Shown here: positions 30,737-37,693 of the stretch, in pieces
How positions within the stretch are numbered: the first letter of the stretch is position 1
How the letters are laid out: the number at the start of each line of letters is the position of its first letter
Virus record (IMG/VR): IMGVR_UViG_3300013999_000001
Coordinates: 1-64,000 of that record
DNA length: 64,000 nt
Strand: one strand, 5' to 3'
Source: a virus
Taxonomy: Duplodnaviria > Caudoviricetes
Made by a program: the position numbers and the translations under genes
Notes under the pieces: generated by a model
The model's database searches: none
What the model was told of the DNA's origin: nothing
The model's input: the letters and a program-made list of their open reading frames with translations, nothing else

Positions 30737-30976
30737 ATGACGTGTCCAAAGTATGTGATTTCCCCCGCTGGCGAAAAATGGATTGGTGAGAAAGTCAAAG
30801 AGTTTCGTGCAACGCACATGCGCGATCCCAATCGTGCCGAGACTTTTAGCATCAAGCAGGCGTGGCGAGCGTTACAAGTTAACGTTCAATTGAGAAAACA
30901 GACCCGCCGTCTGCATAAAAAAATCTGCGCTTCCGAAAATTTCCAGTGGCAACCCTGCGTCTCCCCCCGACGTTAA
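30737..30976 (+). CDS. Hypothetical basic protein
   Basis: 79 aa, AAAGG RBS. Confidence 0.5.
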   Translation: MTCPKYVISPAGEKWIGEKVKEFRATHMRDPNRAETFSIKQAWRALQVNVQLRKQTRRLHKKICASENFQWQPCVSPRR

Positions 30977-31098
30977 CCCTGTAAAACCCACCCCTTAACT
31001 TCGCTCCCGTCCACAAAAAGGTTCAGCAATTGAGATTTGTGCTAACTATGCGGAGAATAATTGTGTTTCAATTTGTGTTGTTAGAATTACGATGATTA

Positions 31099-31698
31099 AT
31101 GGCGCGGGGGATTTTCATGCGGGTTTCGTCTGAGTGGCTTGAAGGATATAACAAGCGGCATGGCCGCAGATCGGGAACAAAGTCCCCCGGCGCGTCCGGT
31201 ATCGACTACATGGCTGCTATCAAAAAGGTGTCGGTCCATGCGGCTGCACTGGCAGCGATTATCAAAAATCCCGACCTGCTAAAGGGACGCTACGAGCACT
31301 ACGATCAGGTACGCGTGTTCGATTACATGGATCGCAAGCATCCAGAGTTGTACGACCTACTTCACGCCACGCCTAACGGCGGTTTTCGTGCCAAAAAGAC
31401 CGGTAACGATATGACCGCAGAAGGCCAGAAGAAAGGCTACCCGGATATGAGTCTGGATTTGGCCGCAGGCGCGTATCACGGCATGCGGATTGAGTTAAAG
31501 CACGGTAAACGTAAAGCCAGCAAAGAACAAAACATCTGGCTCCATCGTCTGCACGAACAGGGCTATTACTGCGTTCTGGCTTTTTCGCCAGAGGAAGCGA
31601 TCGAGGCCATTCTGGCGTATTCCCGACTATCTCCGGGTGAGCGGATGCCATCGCATGAAAACGATGATTACTGGCGGGACGCCGATGCAGCGGCATGA
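31099..31698 (+). CDS. VRR-NUC domain nuclease
   Basis: HATPNGG, KKGYPDM, IELKHGK...SKEQ..W...L..QGY motifs (PD-(D/E)xK). Confidence 0.85.
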   Translation: MARGIFMRVSSEWLEGYNKRHGRRSGTKSPGASGIDYMAAIKKVSVHAAALAAIIKNPDLLKGRYEHYDQVRVFDYMDRKHPELYDLLHATPNGGFRAKKTGNDMTAEGQKKGYPDMSLDLAAGAYHGMRIELKHGKRKASKEQNIWLHRLHEQGYYCVLAFSPEEAIEAILAYSRLSPGERMPSHENDDYWRDADAAA

Positions 31699-31765
31699 AT
31701 AGCGACCGGCACGATTGCCGGGAATGAAGAGTTTCTATTTGGTTAGTTGAAGGAATTGGGCAGAG

Positions 31766-32008
31766 ATGGATATTAGCACTGCGTATGTAGCATTAGGCAC
31801 CCACCAGGCTTTTGCGGTTCGCCGCCCCGGTCGGCAGGATTTCGTTACTCTTGCCACACCAGAGGATGCCGAGGATTTGTGCCAGCGATATGGTCTGCCT
31901 GTAAGTAGTGAGCTGTTTGTGTACAACGATGGTCTGGGCGGGGAAGCTCCGCACGAACCGGGATACGAAGATCAGATAGCGACAGACTGGGAAGTTTTCT
32001 ATGCGTGA
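31766..32008 (+). CDS. Hypothetical protein
   Basis: 80 aa; overlaps start of next ORF. Confidence 0.55.
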   Translation: MDISTAYVALGTHQAFAVRRPGRQDFVTLATPEDAEDLCQRYGLPVSSELFVYNDGLGGEAPHEPGYEDQIATDWEVFYA

Positions 32009-32291
32009 GCATTACTATAATATTTCTTTTATGGACGAGGGTGGGCGCTGTCGTAGCGCCGTGATCACGACTACGCATAAGCGCGTAACGGCAAGGGATG
32101 TTTCCGGGGCGTATATGGCGCTCAATCTGAGCGAAAACGCTATCGTGATGGCCGTTAGTCACTTGGGCTATATGACCGCCGAAGAATACTCAACAGGAGT
32201 ATCACCGCTGCGCCGCTTCCGGCTGATGAGCGTTGTCTGCTGTCTACTGCCGTTTGTGGTTCTGGGGCTGGTGGTCTGGATCACCCGCTGA
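32001..32291 (+). CDS. Hypothetical protein with C-terminal TM segment
   Basis: 96 aa; followed by terminator. Confidence 0.6.
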   Translation: MREHYYNISFMDEGGRCRSAVITTTHKRVTARDVSGAYMALNLSENAIVMAVSHLGYMTAEEYSTGVSPLRRFRLMSVVCCLLPFVVLGLVVWITR

Positions 32292-32306
32292 GAAAACTGA
32301 AAGATA

Positions 32307-32328
32307 AGGGGCTAAAGCCCCTTTTTTT
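32307..32328 (+). terminator. Rho-independent terminator
   Basis: AGGGGCT-AA-AGCCCCT plus T-run. Confidence 0.7.
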
Positions 32329-32415
32329 ATGCGCAAAAGAATAGACCATTGGAGAATTACAGATTACTATCCCGCTCATGAAAGAATAGTAATTCTAACG
32401 AAACGAAAATAAGGA

Positions 32416-33720
32416 ATGTTATTTATGAGCGCAATGCCCCAACCAGAGCAAGCCACACCCATCACTGACGAAGTTCTGGAAATGTCGTTCCAGGCCATCT
32501 ACAACCAGCTGAACCTGACACTGCGGCGCATCGGCGGCGACGACCTCGACCGTCGCGCGCTGGAAATGTGTATTGGCACCGTTGAACAGCTGCATATTGA
32601 TTTTGCCACCCGCCTGAACGAAAACGCTGACTCCTATAACGCACTATGCGACACGCTTGAAGAATTCCAGTCCAGGCTTAACGAACTGTCACCGCTACAG
32701 GATGAAATTGCCCGTATCCGCCAGGACGCAGAGGACCGCATTGAAGCTACGCAAAACGCGGTAGCAATGGAACGGCTGGAAATGGAAAATAAGGCTATCA
32801 ATCTCCAGGGCGAAATTGACTCCATGGCCGATCAGATCGTCACGGCTGCACTGGCACATAAAGCCCTGGAGTTGACCCACAAAAATTATGTTCGCGCCAA
32901 CCCGACCAACATGCACGATGAGCGGAAAAAGCTGGAAAAAGACGTGTCTTCCCTACGTGCCGAGCGTAAAGACCTGAATAAGCGCCTCCAGGCACTGCAA
33001 AGCAAGCTCAACGTGGCCGATAAGGAGATCGCTGAGTCTCGCCGGAAGACCGTTCGCGCCCATCAGGAGCGTGATCGTCTTGATGCGCTGTATTCGCACC
33101 TGAAAAAGCGCGTTGATCTCCATGACGGGCGCGAGGACATGCGGCACTACACATTTGTGACCCCGGAAGGACACGAAGTCACCTTTTACATCTACAACTA
33201 CCATTTCGGTCTGATGACCGCACGTAAGGTGTTTGGCGATCAGGTTATCGAACTGGCTGACTTCCATTACCAGATCCGTACTGCTGCCATGTACGCCGTG
33301 GACGTGGTGCCGAGCGTCTGGGGGCGTCCGGTTTATCATGCAAATGACATGATCGAGCTGGCGCGCAACAGCGAACTGGACGAAGAGCTGAGCCGTCGCA
33401 TTCAGGCTCGCATGCTGCTGGATTTCCCGAAGATCCACCAGCGCATTCAGGATGCGAACAATGTTCCAATTGACGAGTTGCAGCTGACGGCCAAGACCCT
33501 GAGCGTACTGAAAAAGGCGGGCTGCGAGTCGGTGCTGGACATAGCCGCCGTGCTGCCTAAAGACCGCTTGAACATTACTGGCGTGGGCGAAAAGATGGCG
33601 GCAGAAATTGAGCCTGCAATCAAAAGTTGGTGTATCCGCTGGTCGAAGGAACACGGTGACGTTGAGCCCCACCTGAGCAACGTCCTGGCGTCATCAAAAT
33701 CACGAAAAGCGCACTGGTAA
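32416..33720 (+). CDS. pmgS: PmgS-like coiled-coil protein with C-terminal RNA polymerase alpha-CTD-like (HhH) domain
   Basis: 434 aa; LRRIGGDDLDRR resembles P1 PmgS N-terminus; VPIDELQLTAKTLSVLKKAG...ITGVGEK resembles alphaCTD. Confidence 0.75.
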   Translation: MLFMSAMPQPEQATPITDEVLEMSFQAIYNQLNLTLRRIGGDDLDRRALEMCIGTVEQLHIDFATRLNENADSYNALCDTLEEFQSRLNELSPLQDEIARIRQDAEDRIEATQNAVAMERLEMENKAINLQGEIDSMADQIVTAALAHKALELTHKNYVRANPTNMHDERKKLEKDVSSLRAERKDLNKRLQALQSKLNVADKEIAESRRKTVRAHQERDRLDALYSHLKKRVDLHDGREDMRHYTFVTPEGHEVTFYIYNYHFGLMTARKVFGDQVIELADFHYQIRTAAMYAVDVVPSVWGRPVYHANDMIELARNSELDEELSRRIQARMLLDFPKIHQRIQDANNVPIDELQLTAKTLSVLKKAGCESVLDIAAVLPKDRLNITGVGEKMAAEIEPAIKSWCIRWSKEHGDVEPHLSNVLASSKSRKAHW

Positions 33721-33737
33721 ACAATAAAATAAAAATT

Positions 33738-33778
33738 CCTTAGAATTTATTGCATATGATGGCGCAGTTAGGTACATT
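33738..33778 (+). promoter_or_regulatory. Candidate C1 operator abutting a sigma70 promoter at the head of the ncRNA island
   Basis: CCTTAGAATTT (33738-48) then TTGCAT-17 nt-TACATT (33750-78). Confidence 0.6.
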
Positions 33779-33819
33779 TTCTGACGCCAAGCAACAAATT
33801 CCTTAATTGCTGTGTAGTC

Positions 33820-33849
33820 CGGGTTAGCGCTTTGTTAACCCGTTTTTTT
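33820..33849 (+). terminator. Terminator/attenuator hairpin about 35-65 nt after the promoter
   Basis: CGGGTTAGC-GCTTT-GTTAACCCG plus T7. Confidence 0.65.
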
Positions 33850-35400
33850 CCGGCTTTCGCTGGTCGTATTGCCAAACTTATTCCCGCTTGTGTTTATTTT
33901 TCGCGGTAGTACGACCAGCAAAAACCGGATGTAAGTATGACCCTCTGCGGGCGGTAAGTTATGGAAACGAAAGTTCTATCAGCGTTAAATCAGCACCGGG
34001 GCCAGCGTCCATAACTGCTAAGTGGTCCCACCGGGAGGCACCCGGCTTATATCCGGTTTTTGATTGTTTTGTTGGGGCGAGGCCTGCGCATCATGAGGCT
34101 TACCCACGTTTGTAGCAGGCGTACATTTAGCGATGATCCTACGCCGCCCGGGTTCCTTTCTCGGGTTTGCACAAACGAGTATGGGAAATGATGAAGTCGC
34201 CCGGGAGGGTATTGTTCAGCTAACCACTGTGGCGAAACGGTTTGGAAGTCCGGGAGAGACGGACGTGTTATGCCGCTGTCACTGGCATAACGCTAAAGAC
34301 ATGGATCAGGATATGTTGCCAGCACCTGAGTTGCACCCGCTACCGGCAAGGTTGTTAGGCCGGGGAGCCGTCGTAACGGGCCACGCGGCGCAAGGTTGTC
34401 AAGCCGTGTCTTTTGCGTTGTGAAGTGCCGATGTAAGGCAACATAGATTCGATGCACCCGATTCTTTAACCTCTAAAGGAGACGAGGATAATGTTCTGGT
34501 TGGGTGCATCGTCTTAGTTCGTAACGGGTCGCTCTCTGTCAGCATGAAGAGTGTGTTATGGAGAAGGTGAACGACAAGTAGCCCTCCCTGTCACGGCAGT
34601 GAACGCGGTTGACGACGTAATCCCGCGCATAGAACGCCCCGTGAGGCTTAAACCCCGTCCGCCTCGCCCTCGTAAGGGGCCAGAATTCGAGACGGTAATT
34701 GTGTGTTCGTTATGCGCTCCTTCCACCTCTTCTGGAATCGCTCTGCGCTTAGCGACCACACAATTCCGGTTTCACCGGTTAGTGCTTCGAACACACTAAC
34801 TTAACCCATTCGATCTTACAGCTATCAGTCGGCTGGTGGGCCGGAATACCAACATCTAAAGGCGTTGCTATGGGCATAAATACACTTCCAGCGCCTTTAA
34901 ATGTTGTGGCTAATGCAGCTATGCGCATGCGGGTAAGTGGTTAGGTAGTAGCGTAGGTAAGAAAGTCATTAGGCCGAGCTTTGTGAAATGTTCCCGTTCA
35001 GGGTGGATAACCAGCCAAAGAACACCGGGAGGCACCCGGGGCCACAACAGAAACCGATGGAGCAACCAATAAACGGTAATCCGTAATGGATAAAAATCCG
35101 TTGAGGAAGGAGCCAGGCCGGAATCGTCACCGGCACCACAATCAAAGAGCGCGGGCGTGAAAAACTGTAACCTGCGACCAGCACATAACACCGAACCCCA
35201 ATCGGGCTGGGCAAAACATGGTGTAGGTGGATCGCTCTTTTTGATTGTGGTGACTAAAGCCCGGTGATTCTGTTTTCAGAGTTCAGGATCATGCAGGGGA
35301 AACCGTCAGAATGGGGACGGGAGGGAAACGCCATTACAGCCACCTGAAAGGGGGGCCACCACAAACCTCACCCGCGCGATCGCGCAACCATGCAGGACTT
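33849..35400 (+). ncRNA. Island of multiple structured RNA-like domains (unclassified)
   Basis: No convincing ORF; about nine long-range helices found by eye, e.g. 33919-35/34046-62, 34107-13/34171-77, 34312-20/34437-45, 34450-59/34502-11, 34697-705/34757-65, 34851-67/34889-905, 34902-10/35041-49, 35134-51/35233-52. Confidence 0.6.
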
Positions 35401-35404
35401 ACCC

Positions 35405-35524
35405 ATGACGATATTTGAATTTATGGATAGAAATCCATGGTGGACGCTGATTTACCTTCTGTTGATCAGTGAGGGCTTGGTGGCAACCGTCAAGCAGCTG
35501 CGAAAACCGAAAAAGGAACGATAG
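35405..35524 (+). CDS. 39-aa small membrane protein (not in ORF track)
   Basis: MTIFEFMDRNPWWTLIYLLLISEGLVATVKQLRKPKKER; AGGA RBS; TM segment followed by basic tail. Confidence 0.55.
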   Translation: MTIFEFMDRNPWWTLIYLLLISEGLVATVKQLRKPKKER

Positions 35525-35531
35525 CGTTTAA

Positions 35532-35616
35532 GCATGGGTGGCGGAGAAGGCCGAACGCAGTTAGTTAACTCCTGTTCAGTCAGGTCATCGCAGGTTCGAA
35601 TCCTGCCCCATGCATC
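35532..35616 (+). pseudogene. tRNA-like RNA with aberrant anticodon arm
   Basis: GCATGG(G)/(C)CCATGC acceptor, D-arm GCG/CGC, perfect T-arm GCAGG-TTCGAAT-CCTGC; no canonical 7-nt anticodon loop; ends A-TCA. Confidence 0.6.
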
Positions 35617-35620
35617 AGTT

Positions 35621-35697
35621 AGGCCCCTTAACTCAGCGGAGAGAGTAAGCCCCTCATAAGGGCGGAGTCGCCGGTTCGAATCCGGCAGGGGCCACCA
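35621..35697 (+). tRNA. trnI: tRNA with CAT anticodon, Ile2 (lysidine) type, like P1 trnI
   Basis: GGCCCCT acceptor, GCCC-CTCATAA-GGGC anticodon arm, GCCGG-TTCGAAT-CCGGC T-arm, encoded CCA; acceptor stem matches E. coli ileX. Confidence 0.9.
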
Positions 35698-35747
35698 TAG
35701 CTTTTACAGTCACACAAAGATGTGGCGACCGCGACTCCGTAATGTTC

Positions 35748-35771
35748 GGGCCCATTGTGGCCCCTTTTTTT
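35748..35771 (+). terminator. Rho-independent terminator after tRNA
   Basis: GGGCC-CATTGT-GGCCC plus T-run. Confidence 0.65.
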
Positions 35772-35794
35772 ATGCAAAGGACCCAAAACAGATC

Positions 35795-36271
35795 ATGCAG
35801 CAACAATTCAAAGATATGCCGCTTTATGTCGGCACCCTGTATTCCAACGCCAAACAGATGACGCGCGCAGCTTATAACGAATTCCGTGGATGGAAGTTGC
35901 CCGCGAACGAGCAGGGCGATGATATGGGCTATCTGGTGATTAACCATCAGGGCCAGAACAATACGACGCATTGCACCGGCTATGTCAGCTGGGTGCCGAA
36001 AGATCTCTTCGAAAGTACCCACCTGCTGGTGGGCGACGTGACCGACCTGCCACCATTCCACCAGCGTATTAAAGCTGAACGGACGCAATTAATAGATCGC
36101 ATTCAAAAGCTGGTGGCATTCATCGGTATGGACAGCTTTCTGGACCTCGACGCCTTTGAACAGAGCCGCCTGAATAGCCAGCTGGACTACATGCAGAGCT
36201 ATCGTCGTGAGCTGGACGAGCGCCTGATTGCGCTGTCGGAAGCCGACAAAGAAAAAGCCACGGCGGCATAA
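35795..36271 (+). CDS. Two-domain phage protein: YxGT...GYxSWxPK domain plus crAss001_48-like helical domain
   Basis: 158 aa from ATG 35795; YVGTLYSNAKQMTRAAYNEFRGWKLP...GYVSWVPKDLFE; HQRIKAERTQLIDRIQKLVAFI...QLDYMQSYRRELDERL. Confidence 0.7.
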   Translation: MQQQFKDMPLYVGTLYSNAKQMTRAAYNEFRGWKLPANEQGDDMGYLVINHQGQNNTTHCTGYVSWVPKDLFESTHLLVGDVTDLPPFHQRIKAERTQLIDRIQKLVAFIGMDSFLDLDAFEQSRLNSQLDYMQSYRRELDERLIALSEADKEKATAA

Positions 36272-36279
36272 CGATACAC

Positions 36280-36412
36280 TGAGACGTGCTCAAGCGAGCT
36301 GCACCGCAGGCGGGAGGAAAGACCGGTATACAGTCGGCTGGGCTGCACCTGGGCAGTCAATACCAAAACTGAGCGGACCGGAAATAAGCAGGGGTAGCGC
36401 CCTGGTGTCTCA
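36280..36412 (+). ncRNA. Structured RNA candidate with tRNA-top-half-like architecture
   Basis: TGAGACGT/GTGTCTCA closing stem, GCTC-AAGC-GAGC hairpin, terminal CAGGG-GTAGCG-CCCTG hairpin abutting the closing strand. Confidence 0.5.
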
Positions 36413-36483
36413 CCCATTAACGCAGAATAAAGCCCTGAAAAATGACGATGGCCATGCATGGCGCCAGGGATATTATTTTGCAA

Positions 36484-36656
36484 ATTCCTGGCCTTCGTAG
36501 AGACTTACTCTGATTCGCCCCGTAAAGGGTAGAAGAGTCGCCGCTAGTGGCTAAGGCCTGGCTGAGCGTCGTTAAAAAACAGTACACCGCAGACGAATAC
36601 CGCCGTGGGATTCGTGGCGAATTCCCGCAAAACGTCTAAGGCAAAAGACCAACAAA
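36484..36656 (+). ncRNA. Further structured non-coding segment
   Basis: GGCCT..TAG/CTA.AGGCC enclosing hairpins; AGACG/CGTCT enclosing a GTGGGA/TTCCCGC hairpin; no ORF with an RBS. Confidence 0.35.
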
Positions 36657-36657
36657 G

Positions 36658-36684
36658 AGGCCCGGAGAAATCCAGGCCTTTTTT
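36658..36684 (+). terminator. Rho-independent terminator
   Basis: AGGCC-CGGA-GAAA-TCC-AGGCCT plus T-run. Confidence 0.7.
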
Positions 36685-36783
36685 ATTTGTGCGTCGTGCA
36701 ACGTGTTACGGATCGCATTTACTACACGGCGTTAAGGGTGGTAAAAAAAACATCAACGTAAAAGTGGATCTTAAAAAAGTTTT

Positions 36784-36810
36784 CCTTAGAATTACTATTA
36801 AGTTCTAAGG
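36784..36810. promoter_or_regulatory. Double (inverted) candidate C1 operator upstream of lpa
   Basis: CCTTAGAATTA and, on the minus strand, CCTTAGAACT; second copy overlaps the RBS. Confidence 0.6.
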
Positions 36811-36818
36811 AGGCGGGC

Positions 36819-37220
36819 ATGCATTTAAGGATCACCAGCGTTGAAGTCGCCAATATCATGTTGCGGGAGCGCCGTTACATGACTATTTCCGAGATAATGA
36901 GCGCTCTGGATGAGGCGTATCCGCATATGATCGCTGACCACACTGCCGTAACCAACGTTGTCCGCACCTTCTTTAAATCCCCGTTCGCAGTATGCCTGTC
37001 CATGCCTAACGCCTATCCCCGCCAGTACATGCTAACGTCCGTGAAAGGGTACAAGTTTAAGATCCGTGGTGGTCGGCAGATTTGCTATGACGATTTGCCA
37101 TTTAATGGCGGCACCCGGGAAGAGAAAGAAAAGGAGTTAAAAGAAAGCCAGGCACTTTCGCGCATGGCTTTTGAGCTTATGAATGATTTAGTCCGTCGCA
37201 GGGCGCTACTTTTTCCGTAA
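36819..37220 (+). CDS. lpa: Probable late promoter activator Lpa
   Basis: 133 aa; winged-helix-like N-terminus; upstream of pacA as in P1 and preceded by operator motif. Confidence 0.6.
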   Translation: MHLRITSVEVANIMLRERRYMTISEIMSALDEAYPHMIADHTAVTNVVRTFFKSPFAVCLSMPNAYPRQYMLTSVKGYKFKIRGGRQICYDDLPFNGGTREEKEKELKESQALSRMAFELMNDLVRRRALLFP

Positions 37221-37688
37221 ACTATTACGCAGCTTCAATGCGCCGGGATTGCTGGTGGTAAGCGGTTCCTCGACGCGCGTAGTCATCATGTCATCGTCGG
37301 TGTGTGTCGTGGCCGTGCTGGCGCTCTTTTCTGGTGCCGCTGCCGGTCCAGGGTCGGTGCTTTCAACTGCTGGGGCAGCTGGTGCAGCTGGTGGCGCTGA
37401 TTGCGCACTCGCCGGATTAACCGAGATATCACCTGTCAGGGCATTAGCCAGCGCCATAAAGCGGGCGCGGCGTTCAGCCTCTGACATTGCCATAAAGTCC
37501 TGACGGGCCAAAAGGTCAACCAGTCCACCAAGCCCCATAACTTCCAGTGCGTACCCATTGCGCAGGCAATCATACATCAGACGACGTTTCGAAATGTTCG
37601 TTTGCAGGCTGTTATATTGCTCCTGCAAAGCGGCGGTGATGGGGCTGTATTCTTCCAGCCCGGTCAGCTTGATAGTCTGGTTTCCCAT
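37206..37688 (-). CDS. ParR/StbB-like centromere-binding adaptor
   Basis: 160 aa directly downstream of ParM; low-complexity Pro/Ala linker and short C-terminal tail. Confidence 0.6.
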   Translation of the reverse strand: MGNQTIKLTGLEEYSPITAALQEQYNSLQTNISKRRLMYDCLRNGYALEVMGLGGLVDLLARQDFMAMSEAERRARFMALANALTGDISVNPASAQSAPPAAPAAPAVESTDPGPAAAPEKSASTATTHTDDDMMTTRVEEPLTTSNPGALKLRNSLRKK

Positions 37689-37693
37689 CGTGT

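Noticed and set aside
33888-35214. Short ORFs in the island (33888-34115, 34133-34423, 34551-34799, 34556-34759, 34919-35191, 34969-35214)
   Set aside because: Atypical composition, no convincing RBS, and they cut across the base-paired domains; treated as chance ORFs
35175-35225. HDV-like/theta ribozyme (CGA/TCG P3-like stem, TGGGCAA, ACACC/GGTGT pseudoknot, near tRNAs)
   Set aside because: No P1 helix with G1-U37, L3 is ACCCCAA not UCCUCG-like, and there is no C-containing J4/2 before P2; topology does not fit
35532-35616. tRNA-Sec or opal suppressor (TCA in a loop)
   Set aside because: Loop is 6 nt, acceptor plus T stack is 11 bp (Sec needs 13), and there is no long variable arm after it or CCA end
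33750-35700. CRISPR array or type III antitoxin repeat array
   Set aside because: No regularly spaced direct repeats; only two copies of a 17-mer about 1 kb apart and two 10-mers; no cas or toxN gene
33750-36700. Hammerhead ribozyme or group I/II intron
   Set aside because: No CTGATGA...GAAA core and no group II domain V seen; no RT or homing nuclease nearby
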